Shown here piece by piece: positions 1 through 9,542 of a DNA stretch of 35,660 bases. A program made the translations under genes and the position numbers. Each line of letters starts with the position of its first letter. Position 1 is the stretch's first letter. Under the pieces are notes generated by a model that saw nothing but the letters and a program-made list of their open reading frames with translations, had not been told where the DNA came from and ran no database searches. The DNA is from Candidatus Cryptobacteroides sp. (lineage in GTDB: Bacteria > Bacteroidota > Bacteroidia > Bacteroidales > UBA932). The stretch is taken from assembly GCA_051889855.1 (NCBI GenBank), contig JBJFDE010000047.1, positions 1 through 35,660 on the forward strand, read 5' to 3'.

Positions 1-6
1 AATCAT
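1..6 (-). other. Possible start (ATG ATT) of the next gene, plausibly ribosome recycling factor, running off the window
   Basis: ATGATT on the minus strand 45 nt after the pyrH stop, preceded by an AT-rich leader. pyrH-frr adjacency is common. Only two codons are visible. Confidence 0.25.
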
Positions 7-51
7 ATCAATATCAATTATGTTTATTCTTTAGGATATGCTTTAGAATGT

Positions 52-762
52 CTATACATGGACAAGGGTACCGATCTTTTCTCCCTTGACAAGCTTGGTA
101 AGGTTGCCTTTCTGGTTCATGTCAAAGACGATGATTGGCATATTTCCTTCGCGGCAGAGTGCAAAGGCTGTCTGGTCCATGACCTTGAGTCTGTCTTCGA
201 TGGCTTTGTCAAACGTGAGCTCATCATATTTTACAGCAGAAGGGTCCTTTTCCGGATCTGCTGTGTAAACTCCGTCCACACGTGTTCCCTTAAGGAGGGC
301 ATCCGCACCGATTTCAAGTGCGCGAAGGGCAGCTCCGGAGTCTGTTGTGAAATATGGGTTGCCCGTGCCGCCGGCAATCAGGGCCACTCCGCCTTTCTCC
401 ATGACAGAGACTGCATCATCTCTCATATAATATTTGGCAACAGGCATCATCGGAGTCGCAGTGAAGACTTCCGCATCTACTCCTGCACTGCGGATTGCCA
501 TCGCAAGTCCGAGAGAATTGATGACGGTTGCAAGCATGCCCATCTTGTCTCCGTTGACCCTGTCAAATCCTTTTCCGACTCCCTGCAGACCTCTGAAGAT
601 ATTGCCACCGCCTATCACTATAGCTACCTGAAGTCCGTTGCAGACTGCTTCAGCTACTTCTTCTGCATATGCTGCAAGATAGTTTTCGTCAATTCCTTTG
701 CCTGCCGGGCCGCCAAGGCTTTCTCCGCTGAGTTTGAGCAGGACACGTTTGTATTTTCCCAT
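52..762 (-). CDS. pyrH: UMP kinase
   Basis: Motifs KRVLLKLSGE, IGGGNIFRG, GTGNPYFTTDS, VDGVYTADP and VMD; 236 aa. Confidence 0.97.
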   Translation of the reverse strand: MGKYKRVLLKLSGESLGGPAGKGIDENYLAAYAEEVAEAVCNGLQVAIVIGGGNIFRGLQGVGKGFDRVNGDKMGMLATVINSLGLAMAIRSAGVDAEVFTATPMMPVAKYYMRDDAVSVMEKGGVALIAGGTGNPYFTTDSGAALRALEIGADALLKGTRVDGVYTADPEKDPSAVKYDELTFDKAIEDRLKVMDQTAFALCREGNMPIIVFDMNQKGNLTKLVKGEKIGTLVHV

Positions 763-825
763 ATATATTCAGTTTAGTGTTGCATATACCCTCCTTGCGG
801 CATTCAGCTCCGCAATTCGAGCAAA

Positions 826-873
826 CAAAAGTATCGAATTATTATGAAACTTGCAAGAAAGATTATATCTTTG
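826..873. promoter_or_regulatory. Divergent Bacteroidota sigma70-type -7 elements for pyrH (minus) and frdC (plus)
   Basis: TACTTTTG on minus at 826-833 and TATCTTTG on plus at 866-873 both match TAnnTTTG. Confidence 0.65.
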
Positions 874-939
874 CACTCCGTGTTGGGCCTTTCGCTGAAT
901 TTTCAACACAGTGAGAAGATAACTATTCATTAAAAAGAT

Positions 940-1635
940 ATGGCTAATATTTTAACATCTTCAATCGGCAAGAAGCTTATCATGAGCATAAGCGGCCTGT
1001 TCCTAATTATTTTCCTGCTTCTTCACATGACAATCAACCTGTTTTCTGTAATTGACAGTTTCACAGGTAGCTATGGCGCTGCAGACGGATTATTCCAGGC
1101 AGGCTGTGATTTCATGGCGCTTCCTATCGTGACCATTATGGTTCCTGTGCTTGCACTCGGATTCGTTATCCACATCATCTATGCTTTCTACCTGACTGCA
1201 AGCAACATCAAATCACGTGGTGGCTACAACCGTTATGAGGTGTCAAGCAAAGCCAAAACTGAGTCCTGGGCTTCCAAGAACATGCTCGTTCTCGGTATCA
1301 TCGTTCTCGGAATCCTCGCTTTCCATCTTACTCATTTCTGGGCTGACATGCAGCTCGCTGAGTTCACCGGCGGAGAGGCTGAGAATCCTTACGTTCTTCT
1401 CAATGCTACATTCGGTCAGTGGTGGGTCGTAGTTCTCTACCTCATTTGGTTCGGAGCTCTCTGGTTCCACCTTACCCACGGTTTCTGGAGCGCATTCCAG
1501 ACAGTTGGCTGGAGCAACCAGATCTGGGTCAAGAGACTCAATGTCATCGGTTACATTTTCGCAACCATCATCTTCCTCGGCTTTGCAGTTGTAGCAATCA
1601 ATGCTTGCCTCCAGGCAAACGGCATCATCGGCTAA
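940..1635 (+). CDS. sdhC: Succinate dehydrogenase/fumarate reductase cytochrome b subunit
   Basis: N-terminal SSIGKKLIMSISGLFL. About five TM helices with four His in helices (LLLHM, VIHII, AFHLTH, WFHLTHG), plus HGFWSAFQTVG and WASKNM. Confidence 0.9.
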   Translation: MANILTSSIGKKLIMSISGLFLIIFLLLHMTINLFSVIDSFTGSYGAADGLFQAGCDFMALPIVTIMVPVLALGFVIHIIYAFYLTASNIKSRGGYNRYEVSSKAKTESWASKNMLVLGIIVLGILAFHLTHFWADMQLAEFTGGEAENPYVLLNATFGQWWVVVLYLIWFGALWFHLTHGFWSAFQTVGWSNQIWVKRLNVIGYIFATIIFLGFAVVAINACLQANGIIG

Positions 1636-1655
1636 GCCACGACAAGATTCGATAT

Positions 1656-1688
1656 AAAAAAGACTGACCGAATTGGTCAGTCTTTTTT
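1656..1688. terminator. Bidirectional intrinsic terminator between sdhC and the aminopeptidase gene
   Basis: AAAAAAGACTGACC-gaatt-GGTCAGTCTTTTTT, a perfect 14-bp inverted repeat with A/T tracts on both sides. Confidence 0.9.
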
Positions 1689-1703
1689 GCGTTCATATAC
1701 AGC

Positions 1704-3521
1704 CTATTCCATACCAATAGGAAGAGTTTTTCTGCGCAGCCATGCAGAGACTTCTGACGGAAGCATGGCATTGAGCCGCTGATAGACACTTTCGTTATAC
1801 GAGTTCAGCCATTCGAGTTCTTCGGTTGAAAGGAGGTTTGGAATGACTGCTGTGGTGTCAATGTGACAGCAGGTAAGCGTCTCAAACTCAAGCCATTGGC
1901 CAAAGTCATTATTTCCAGCTTCCTTGCAGAGAATGACATTCTCGTGGCGGATGCCGTGCATGCCTTCACGATAGATGCCCGGTTCATTGGACGTAATCAT
2001 GCCGGGCAGCAGTGGCTGTGAGTTGAAATTTTGCCTGATGTCCTGCGGGCCCTCGTGGACGCAGAGCCAGAAGCCGATACCGTGACCAGTTCCGTGGCCG
2101 AAATTCCGTTTGGCCCTCCAGAGAGGATTGCGGGCGAGCACATCAAGCTGGCATCCTGCCGTTCCGCGAGGGAACTCAGCCATGGATAGTGCAATCATAC
2201 CTTTGAGAACAAGGGTATAGTCTTCCTTTTCAAGGTCAGTACAAGGACCCATAGGCACAGTACGGGTTATGTCGGTCGTGCCTGTGAGATACTGGCCTCC
2301 TGAATCAACAAGATAGAATCCTCTCGGCTGGATGACAGCGGATCCCTCACAAGGTGTGCTGTAATGTGGAAGGGCTGCATCAGGCCCATAAGCAGAAATA
2401 TTCTCGAAACTGTTTCCGCGATAGCCGGGAATCTCGGACCTGAACTCAGAAAGACGTTCGGAAGCTTCCCATTCAGTGACTGCTCTGCCTGAAGCCACCT
2501 CGGATTCAAGCCAGTAAAGGAACATTTCCTCTGCAACACCATCATCTATATATGCCTGCCTCTGAGCTTGAATCTCAGACTCAGTCTTTATGGCCTTTTC
2601 AAGAATCACAGGAGAAGTTCCTTTAATGCTTGAAGGCAGGACTTCATCCAGAATGCATGCGACATGATAGTTCAATGAAGAAGGATCAACGAAAACAGTG
2701 CCTTCGGGATTCTCATCCGCAAGCATTGAAAGAGCCGCTTCAAGTTCATCATATCCAAGCACTTGCACTCCATCCATTTCAAGTTCGTTGAAGCTGTCCA
2801 CTGTGTCGGGGTCAAGTGGCTCGTCATCACATGACTTCATCACAAACCATTTCACATAATCCTGTGTCACAAGCAGATAAGAAATCACCAGAGGATTGTA
2901 TTCGATGTCGTTTCCCCTGACATTCAGCATCCAGGCAATCTCATCGAGAGAAGTAAGCAGGACTGAAGCAGCCCCATTGAGCATCATCCATTTGCGAAGC
3001 CATGCAATCTTTTCCACTCTCTGAGTACCGCCAAAATTGTCCACATCGATGGTAGTGACTGGAGTCACGGGGATATGCGGTCTGTCAGTCCACAGCATGT
3101 CCAGCATGTCAGGGACATCCACGACGATAGCTCCGGAGGCCTCCTTTACACTTTGCACGAAGCCCGAACTGATGCTCAGTCCATCAACGGCAATCACATT
3201 CGCCTTGCCCGAGATCCACTGAGGAATGAGAACAGAATCTGCCTGACGTGTCTTATGCAGCTGAACTCCGGTACCCTGAAGTTGGTTGTTGGCCTGGATA
3301 AAATATCTTGAATCTGTCCAAAGCCCGGCATGGTCCATGGTAATGACCACATCGGCAGCTTCTCCTGTAAATCCAGTCAGCCACTCAATCTGCTTCCAGC
3401 GCGGAGCCGGATATTCGCTTGCATGAGGATCCGAGCCACAAATGATTACAGCGTCCCACCCTTTGTCGGACATTAGTGAGCGAAGGGCAGCGATTCTGCC
3501 CGCATGAATGTATCCGTTCAT
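1704..3521 (-). CDS. Xaa-Pro aminopeptidase (aminopeptidase P, M24B)
   Basis: DPHASEY, TDSRY and LNVRGNDI. Metal-binding motifs DSGGQY..GTTDITRT, GHGTGHGIG, VHEGP, SNEPG and IRHEN. Confidence 0.93.
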   Translation of the reverse strand: MNGYIHAGRIAALRSLMSDKGWDAVIICGSDPHASEYPAPRWKQIEWLTGFTGEAADVVITMDHAGLWTDSRYFIQANNQLQGTGVQLHKTRQADSVLIPQWISGKANVIAVDGLSISSGFVQSVKEASGAIVVDVPDMLDMLWTDRPHIPVTPVTTIDVDNFGGTQRVEKIAWLRKWMMLNGAASVLLTSLDEIAWMLNVRGNDIEYNPLVISYLLVTQDYVKWFVMKSCDDEPLDPDTVDSFNELEMDGVQVLGYDELEAALSMLADENPEGTVFVDPSSLNYHVACILDEVLPSSIKGTSPVILEKAIKTESEIQAQRQAYIDDGVAEEMFLYWLESEVASGRAVTEWEASERLSEFRSEIPGYRGNSFENISAYGPDAALPHYSTPCEGSAVIQPRGFYLVDSGGQYLTGTTDITRTVPMGPCTDLEKEDYTLVLKGMIALSMAEFPRGTAGCQLDVLARNPLWRAKRNFGHGTGHGIGFWLCVHEGPQDIRQNFNSQPLLPGMITSNEPGIYREGMHGIRHENVILCKEAGNNDFGQWLEFETLTCCHIDTTAVIPNLLSTEELEWLNSYNESVYQRLNAMLPSEVSAWLRRKTLPIGME

Positions 3522-3547
3522 AAAATTCAGATTATATGCGTTGCAAT

Positions 3548-4726
3548 TTAGGCAATTTCTGCGACAATTCCGTCAGAAATGAAGAAAGAGTCTTCAGGAA
3601 TCCTTATCCTGCCTCCGTCAATCCTGACCAGGGCTCCGTTCAAAAGCATCCTGTCCACCGCCTCTTCATCGGCATGGGTGCGGAGAAACTGCTCCTGCAC
3701 TCCCCTGTCAGTCCTGAGGGACAGCATTATAGTCTCAAGGTCATACTGCTCTGTATCAAGCGTTTCCGACTCACGGACTGCATCAGGTGATGTGCATGAA
3801 AGATAGGCTTTCAAGTCTGGAAGATTCCACCTTCGGATCATCTGCCTCTGCTCCGTGCCATCGTCCTTTATCATGAAACTGTGCGCACCCGGGCCGAAGC
3901 CGACATAAGGGACATGTGCCCAATAGGCTGAATTATGGACAGCCTCCCGGCCCGGCAGGGCAAAATTGGAAATCTCATAATGGTGGTAACTAGCCTGGGA
4001 AAGGACGCGGCAAAGTATGTCATATTGCTCTCGGCAATGTTCCTGGTCTGCCTCTGCAAAGCGGCCCTGCCTGATATATTCTGCCAGCATGCTCCCTGGC
4101 TCTACAGAAAGCTGGTATGCAGATATATGGGAAGGAAGATTTCCTGACGGAGATATGGAAAGTGCCTGATGGACAGTCTTTTCCCAGTTGTCCGCATTCA
4201 ATTGCGGGAGCCCGAAGATAAGGTCTATGCTGATATTCTTAACCCCCGCCTGCTCGATTATGGCATATGCGCGGCGGGCTGTTGCAGCATCGTGACGACG
4301 GTTCATCCACTTGAGAATCCCATCATCAAAGGACTGGACTCCCATGCTTATCCTGTTTACGCCCAACTTGGCCAGCCCTTCAATATATGCCGGTCCTTTC
4401 TCCACGACATCTTCCGGGTTGACCTCAACGGTAAATTCATCGAAAGGTCCGGGATGCCCTGCCCGGGAAAGGGTCCCGACAACGGATTCAAAAAAAGAAA
4501 GAGGCAGCACCGAAGGGGTGCCGCCACCTATATATAATGTATTCACATCCCCTGGAATCTCATTTTTCTCTGACATGATTTCAGCCGTCAGAGCAGAGCC
4601 ATATTGCTCAAAAAGAGCATTCTGACCATGTGCAACTTCATTTCTCCGGCATTTGGGAACAGCCTCGGAATAAAAGTCGCAATATGTGCAGAAACTTCTG
4701 CAGAAGGGAACATGAATGTATATCAC
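3548..4726 (-). CDS. hemW: Radical SAM heme chaperone HemW (HemN-like)
   Basis: GTG start. IYIHVPFCRSFCTYCDF (CxxxCxxC followed by DF, lacking the extra HemN Cys), GGGTPS, YEISNF and the HNxxYW motif (HNSAYW). Confidence 0.88.
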   Translation of the reverse strand: MIYIHVPFCRSFCTYCDFYSEAVPKCRRNEVAHGQNALFEQYGSALTAEIMSEKNEIPGDVNTLYIGGGTPSVLPLSFFESVVGTLSRAGHPGPFDEFTVEVNPEDVVEKGPAYIEGLAKLGVNRISMGVQSFDDGILKWMNRRHDAATARRAYAIIEQAGVKNISIDLIFGLPQLNADNWEKTVHQALSISPSGNLPSHISAYQLSVEPGSMLAEYIRQGRFAEADQEHCREQYDILCRVLSQASYHHYEISNFALPGREAVHNSAYWAHVPYVGFGPGAHSFMIKDDGTEQRQMIRRWNLPDLKAYLSCTSPDAVRESETLDTEQYDLETIMLSLRTDRGVQEQFLRTHADEEAVDRMLLNGALVRIDGGRIRIPEDSFFISDGIVAEIA

Positions 4727-4728
4727 AA

Positions 4729-5592
4729 CTATCTCAGGAGCAATTCAGTTTCACCAAGACGAGACTGTTCAGTATAAGCCTCGATGGTGTAAATTCCTTT
4801 GACATACTCAGTGATGTCGTTCAGATAAATTGCGACATCAATCTCCTTGCCCTGATAGTCAATCTCTCTGGAAGCAGAACAAATCATAGGCTCACCGTTG
4901 AGTTCGAAAGTCCTTTGGGTGCCGTTTGTAAGCAAGACTCCGTCCGGTCCCTTTACACGGATATAAATCCTGACCGGTCCCTTCGGAGCAAGGTCATTTT
5001 CAACCAGGCTGAGGGTTGAAAGAAGGCGGACTACCCTGCTGCTCCGGTCTGTAACCTTGTCGGATGAGTTGTATGCCTCGACTCTCAGGCCTCTTGCCTT
5101 GATGACGGAACCGGCAGCGACCTGTCCGCTGAGGCTCTCGACTGTCCTGGAAAGCTCTTCGGACTGCCTCTTGCTCTCCGCTGCCTCACGTCTTGCCGCA
5201 GCTGCATCGGCAGTCAGCTTCTTGTTCAATGTATTGAGGGAGTCAATCTGTACGATGTAGCTCTTCATGATGCTTCTCAAGGTACCGAGTTCTTTCTCAT
5301 ATTGTCTCATCTTGCTTCTGTTTGCAGCATCTGTCTTTTTGATGCGTTCAATCAGCTGAGACACTTCCTCTCTTGAAGAATCAAGCTGTGAATTTATGCT
5401 GTCATAGTCCGAAGACAGTGATGCATAATCATTCTGCAGATCGATCATCTGCTGGGTAAGTTCCTGCTTGTCAATTGTCAATTCATTCACAAGCGAAGAT
5501 TTTTGCCACCATACATATGCCAGAGTACCTGCAAGAATCACGGCTACTCCTATGAGCACATACATCAAAGTTTTCAGATTTTTTTCTTCCAT
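4729..5592 (-). CDS. Membrane-anchored coiled-coil hypothetical protein
   Basis: One N-terminal TM helix, a long heptad-rich region and a beta-rich C-terminal domain. ATG at 5592 is preferred over the TTG at 5601. Confidence 0.8.
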   Translation of the reverse strand: MEEKNLKTLMYVLIGVAVILAGTLAYVWWQKSSLVNELTIDKQELTQQMIDLQNDYASLSSDYDSINSQLDSSREEVSQLIERIKKTDAANRSKMRQYEKELGTLRSIMKSYIVQIDSLNTLNKKLTADAAAARREAAESKRQSEELSRTVESLSGQVAAGSVIKARGLRVEAYNSSDKVTDRSSRVVRLLSTLSLVENDLAPKGPVRIYIRVKGPDGVLLTNGTQRTFELNGEPMICSASREIDYQGKEIDVAIYLNDITEYVKGIYTIEAYTEQSRLGETELLLR

Positions 5593-5629
5593 ATCAGTCA
5601 ATTTTTCTCTGTTTTGGTTAATCGAATCG

Positions 5630-5657
5630 CAAATTTAGGAAAATTCCCATATATTTG
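5630..5657. promoter_or_regulatory. Divergent -7 promoter elements
   Basis: TAAATTTG on minus at 5630-5637 and TATATTTG on plus at 5650-5657. Confidence 0.65.
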
Positions 5658-5710
5658 CACCACTTGCCATGAAGGCAAGGGAATTATTAACAATTTTGGA
5701 GCCACCTGCT

Positions 5711-6178
5711 ATGAAATACCTTGTCAGAGCCATCAAATATTTCTTTTATTTTTCAATCCTTTGCGGTCTGATCATCGGGGCCCTTATCTTTATCGGAGCC
5801 GTAGAAGGCAATATTGACACTATCTTCCGCGGAGGATGGATGGCAGTCCTGAAAATGGCCCTGCTCTTTGCAGGTGTCGCCGCAATCTATCCTAAATTAG
5901 GGTTCATCACACGTGATGCCGTTACTGCAAAGCCTTGGAAAGAGTCGAGGGAGGAGTTCATCGACCTTATGAAAGAAAAGAATTATGTATTGGAGTCGGA
6001 AAATGATGAAACAGCGACCTTCAGATACAAGGGCATAGCAGGTCGAATCACCAGAATGCTTGAAGACAGAATAACCGTCAGCACAAGTGCCGACGGTATA
6101 GTACTGCTTGAAGGCCTCAGGAAAGATGTCCTGAGACTTTGCATGGCCATCGAGAACCGGTTCCGTCCGGAAGAATAA
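5711..6178 (+). CDS. Hypothetical membrane protein (two N-terminal TM helices plus a soluble domain)
   Basis: MKYLVRAIKYFFYF start followed by two hydrophobic helices. ATG 5711 is preferred because 5669 lies almost on the predicted TSS. Confidence 0.75.
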   Translation: MKYLVRAIKYFFYFSILCGLIIGALIFIGAVEGNIDTIFRGGWMAVLKMALLFAGVAAIYPKLGFITRDAVTAKPWKESREEFIDLMKEKNYVLESENDETATFRYKGIAGRITRMLEDRITVSTSADGIVLLEGLRKDVLRLCMAIENRFRPEE

Positions 6179-6207
6179 GATTTCCGGAAGGTCCTTTGCC
6201 CAAGAGA

Positions 6208-6813
6208 CTAATCTCCGAGTTCCCCAGCATCTATTTTTTGGGCGACCTCGTCCAGGGCCTGCCAGAACTCCTCGCCGAAATATCTTTCAATCGGTTCCCT
6301 AAGGAACTGATATACACGTATTTTCTCCCTCTTTCCCTTGGCAAAGGCATCCTTGCAGATGTCCCATCTGTGGAGATTGAGTGCCTTTGTGCCATTGCGA
6401 AGGGTTGACACCCTGATGGGATAGAGCCAGCATGAAATGGGTTTCCTGAAGTCACCCTTTCCCTGGAACCAGCATCGTTCCATCGAGCAGAAGCAATTGC
6501 CGTTTTCATCAAAAAGAGTGTAGGCGCACTCTTCACCTCCAGGAACAAGAGGAGTCACGATGTCCCCGTCAACATCTATTTCAAAAAAGCCCTTTTCCTG
6601 AACTGCCTTGCGGCCTGCTTCAGGCATTATAGGAGAAAATACCGGGTAATTTTTCTCAATGGCCTCAACTTCGCATTCCTCCAAAGGAGCCCCGCTGTCA
6701 CCTATTACACAGCAGCATCCCTTGCACTTCTCATAGTCACAGGCATAGTATTCGGTCAGAATCTCGTCCGAAACGAGACAATCGTCAATCTGAATTATCA
6801 TTCCGTGTTTCAT
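6208..6813 (-). CDS. Cys-rich DUF3109-like protein (possible Fe-S/Zn binding)
   Basis: CDYEKCKGCCCVIGDSGAPL, ECAY, CFCSME, KPISCWLYPIR and HRWDIC. Start overlaps the upstream stop (TAATG). Confidence 0.82.
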   Translation of the reverse strand: MKHGMIIQIDDCLVSDEILTEYYACDYEKCKGCCCVIGDSGAPLEECEVEAIEKNYPVFSPIMPEAGRKAVQEKGFFEIDVDGDIVTPLVPGGEECAYTLFDENGNCFCSMERCWFQGKGDFRKPISCWLYPIRVSTLRNGTKALNLHRWDICKDAFAKGKREKIRVYQFLREPIERYFGEEFWQALDEVAQKIDAGELGD

Positions 6814-9425
6814 TATTTATTACTGTCTTTAATCAGATATTCCACTCTGCTTCCCCTGGCAAGTTTGTCAAGCAGGTCTGAAACCTTCTGGGAAGATACG
6901 CCGTCAACCTTGGATAACAGATTGGTATATAAATCCTTACCATCCATATATCGTCTTGTCAGGATTTCCATCCACCACTGAGGGTCTTTCATCTGGGTTT
7001 CCAGTCTGCCTTTGATATTCTTCTTGCAGGCTGCAAGTTCCTTATCACCGATGGCTTGTTTTCCTATATCTCCGATGCAGGAACGGATCATGGACAGGGC
7101 CCGCAACGGCTCACATGGCTGATTGTCCAGTGCAAATCCGGAAGCATCGGCCATCCCTATCTTAAGACGCATCCTGGCCCTTTCCTGAGGATAGATGAAT
7201 ACTTCAGCTGATACATCCGCATACATCCCTGACTTTGCCAGAGTTTCAGACAAGCGCCTTTGCATCACAAGGCCGGCAATCTGGGCCGTTATTACGTTGT
7301 CGGCAGTGAGAGGATATGGAGAAGACATCAGTATGTCAATCATATCGCACTCACCATCAATGGTATATAATGAGGTTCCGGAGATGGTCTGATAGCGGAA
7401 AGACTCACGTTGGAATGTCCTTCCGGCCGTCTTGAAATGACATACATAAGATGTGAGGATTTTGCGGAGTTCAACCTCATCCATATCACCGACCAGGACA
7501 AGCAGCCCGTCATCCATTTTCTTTGACTGTTTTTTGAAATACTGGTCGGCCTTATCGAAGAATGACTCGTCAAGGACAGATGCTTTCTTATATGGTGTCA
7601 GTATGTTGTCCGGGCAGAGTATGTCTTCCATGGCTGCTTCAGCCTTGTAATCAATTGGTGCAAACTCATCTCTCAGGCGTTGTGAAGCCATATATTGCTC
7701 CGCCAATTGTGTATCTTTCTCCATATTGTTGAAGAATGAGACAAGGGCATTGAGCATGACGGGAACTTTCTCTTCAGAGGTTACTCCCGACAGCCTGAGA
7801 TGGGACAGAGATACTGTCGGTGTCATCTCTATGCCTTCCATTTTCAGGGTATTGAAAAAGTCTTCTCCTGGGCATCCGTTGATGCAGCTCAGATACGGAT
7901 AATCCGAAAAGAAGCCGCCTTCTCCCTGAACCAGGCCCGGAATGCTTCCATATCCTCCCCTTTGGGCTAGAGTATAGAACATTTTCCCGGATGTTTCCAT
8001 TTTCTTATATACGACAGTGAATCCGTTGGAGAAGGTCCACATTGTGCTTTTCGACTGTCCGTCAGTCCTTGTAGAACTGAGACGGAATTTTTCCATATAT
8101 GGCTCAGGTTCAGCAGATACTGCAGTCCCACAAGGACCCGCGAGAGGTTTCTCTTCATTGTTCCATGCCTTCTCGAAAAGCGTCCTGGCCATTTCTGCGG
8201 TAAAACCTTTGTCCGGGCTTTTGCAGGTGACTGTCATGTTGTCAATGTCGCTGACCAAGGCCTTGACGACATTGTTGAAAAGACGAAGTTCCGTTGTATC
8301 AGGAATGTTCCTCGATGTGTAAAAATTGTAAGTTTCCTTGTATGATGCCAGAGAAGAGTTTCGCAGAAAAGCCTTAATACATCTTTCCACAGATTCAGAG
8401 TTGCTTTTAAGCGGATTGACTGTCAGGCCGAAGAGAGAATCCATTCCTTTTCTCCTGGCAAGGCTTATTTCCCACAATGCAGTGTTGCCGGAACGGATGG
8501 TTGCAAAGGTGCCCGCCAAAGTTGTCAGTACGTCAGGCAGACAATCCGTCTGGGATGGAACGCTGACTGTGAATTCTTCATCTGCTGCCGAGTCTGAACT
8601 CGGAAGGTAGCTCCATTCTACTCCTGCGCAAGGGATGCCACGGCTTGAAAGTCTTGATTCGACTCCCTGCTCGACGACATTCCCGAGCTCATCAAGCATC
8701 ATATGGAAAATGACTGGCTGGATGGTGTTCATGTTGTCCCTTGTATGCCTCGGCATACGCCACGAAACTGAAACAGAGGCTTTGTCAGAGGATTCCACCT
8801 TGAAAAGCGGCCCTTCTGCGGATTTCCACTGATAAGGAATTTCTCCATCAGAAGGTAAAGAATTGACCATCAAGGACATATAATTCATTTTCTTCACAAC
8901 ATCATCCACATTGATATCTCCGCTGATGACAATCGCCTGGTCTGACGGAGAATAAAGACTTGCCCTGGAAGAGTCCGGGAAGCGTTCAGCCCTGCCGATG
9001 ATGTCGAAAATCATCAGGAGAGTAGAGTCCAGAACTGCCTTTTCATCATATAGAAGTACATTGCTGAAACGATAGATGGTTGCATCGTCGGTCACCTGTA
9101 CATAGCCATGTTCTCCGGGAGCAATACCACGGTCCGTGAGGAATTTCTGCGGATTTGGAATATGGGCTAGCGAGGAGAGTGATTCCCGTGCCGTCAGTAC
9201 CGGATCATTGCACTTTGCCGTACTTTTCAGGCCGCATTTCTGGACAAGGGCGAAGTCCGCCATGGATTTGGCGGAAGAGTTTGATGTTATATACCAAGAA
9301 ATTCCGTTGGGTAAAGTCCCATGTTTGACTGCGGGATCTGACGGGAACTTCGGGAGTTCCTGTCCGAATGAAGATAAGGCTATAAAAAGCCCGAAAAACA
9401 ATGCAAAATATCTTTTCACAATCAT
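6813..9425 (-). CDS. Exported M16 (insulinase/PqqL-like) peptidase homologue, apparently lacking the catalytic motif
   Basis: Signal peptide, then PSDPAVKHGTLPNGISWY, YSPSDQAIVISGDIN, WTFSNGFTV and LVLVGD. No HxxEH is visible. ATG 9425 follows the -7 element at 9452-9459. Confidence 0.75.
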   Translation of the reverse strand: MIVKRYFALFFGLFIALSSFGQELPKFPSDPAVKHGTLPNGISWYITSNSSAKSMADFALVQKCGLKSTAKCNDPVLTARESLSSLAHIPNPQKFLTDRGIAPGEHGYVQVTDDATIYRFSNVLLYDEKAVLDSTLLMIFDIIGRAERFPDSSRASLYSPSDQAIVISGDINVDDVVKKMNYMSLMVNSLPSDGEIPYQWKSAEGPLFKVESSDKASVSVSWRMPRHTRDNMNTIQPVIFHMMLDELGNVVEQGVESRLSSRGIPCAGVEWSYLPSSDSAADEEFTVSVPSQTDCLPDVLTTLAGTFATIRSGNTALWEISLARRKGMDSLFGLTVNPLKSNSESVERCIKAFLRNSSLASYKETYNFYTSRNIPDTTELRLFNNVVKALVSDIDNMTVTCKSPDKGFTAEMARTLFEKAWNNEEKPLAGPCGTAVSAEPEPYMEKFRLSSTRTDGQSKSTMWTFSNGFTVVYKKMETSGKMFYTLAQRGGYGSIPGLVQGEGGFFSDYPYLSCINGCPGEDFFNTLKMEGIEMTPTVSLSHLRLSGVTSEEKVPVMLNALVSFFNNMEKDTQLAEQYMASQRLRDEFAPIDYKAEAAMEDILCPDNILTPYKKASVLDESFFDKADQYFKKQSKKMDDGLLVLVGDMDEVELRKILTSYVCHFKTAGRTFQRESFRYQTISGTSLYTIDGECDMIDILMSSPYPLTADNVITAQIAGLVMQRRLSETLAKSGMYADVSAEVFIYPQERARMRLKIGMADASGFALDNQPCEPLRALSMIRSCIGDIGKQAIGDKELAACKKNIKGRLETQMKDPQWWMEILTRRYMDGKDLYTNLLSKVDGVSSQKVSDLLDKLARGSRVEYLIKDSNK

Positions 9426-9451
9426 TTTTGTACGTTTCTTGTTGTCTTTTG

Positions 9452-9481
9452 CAAAAATAACACAAAAAATCCCTATTTTTG
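9452..9481. promoter_or_regulatory. Divergent -7 promoter elements
   Basis: TATTTTTG on minus at 9452-9459 and TATTTTTG on plus at 9474-9481. Confidence 0.6.
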
Positions 9482-9542
9482 CATTTATGCGCTGTTTATG
9501 GGCACAAACGGACAAATTATAAACACTAATAATACTAAAAGC

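Noticed and set aside
58-777. 239-aa plus-strand ORF
   Set aside because: It lies almost entirely antisense to pyrH and has no recognisable motifs; a shadow ORF.
9426-9542. Longer N-terminal extensions in the ORF track (for example starts at 9515 and 9498, likewise 13671, 14761, 23797, 26727, 26772, 28374)
   Set aside because: Most run through promoter elements, terminators or neighbouring genes. Downstream ATGs give proper signal peptides or family-typical starts.
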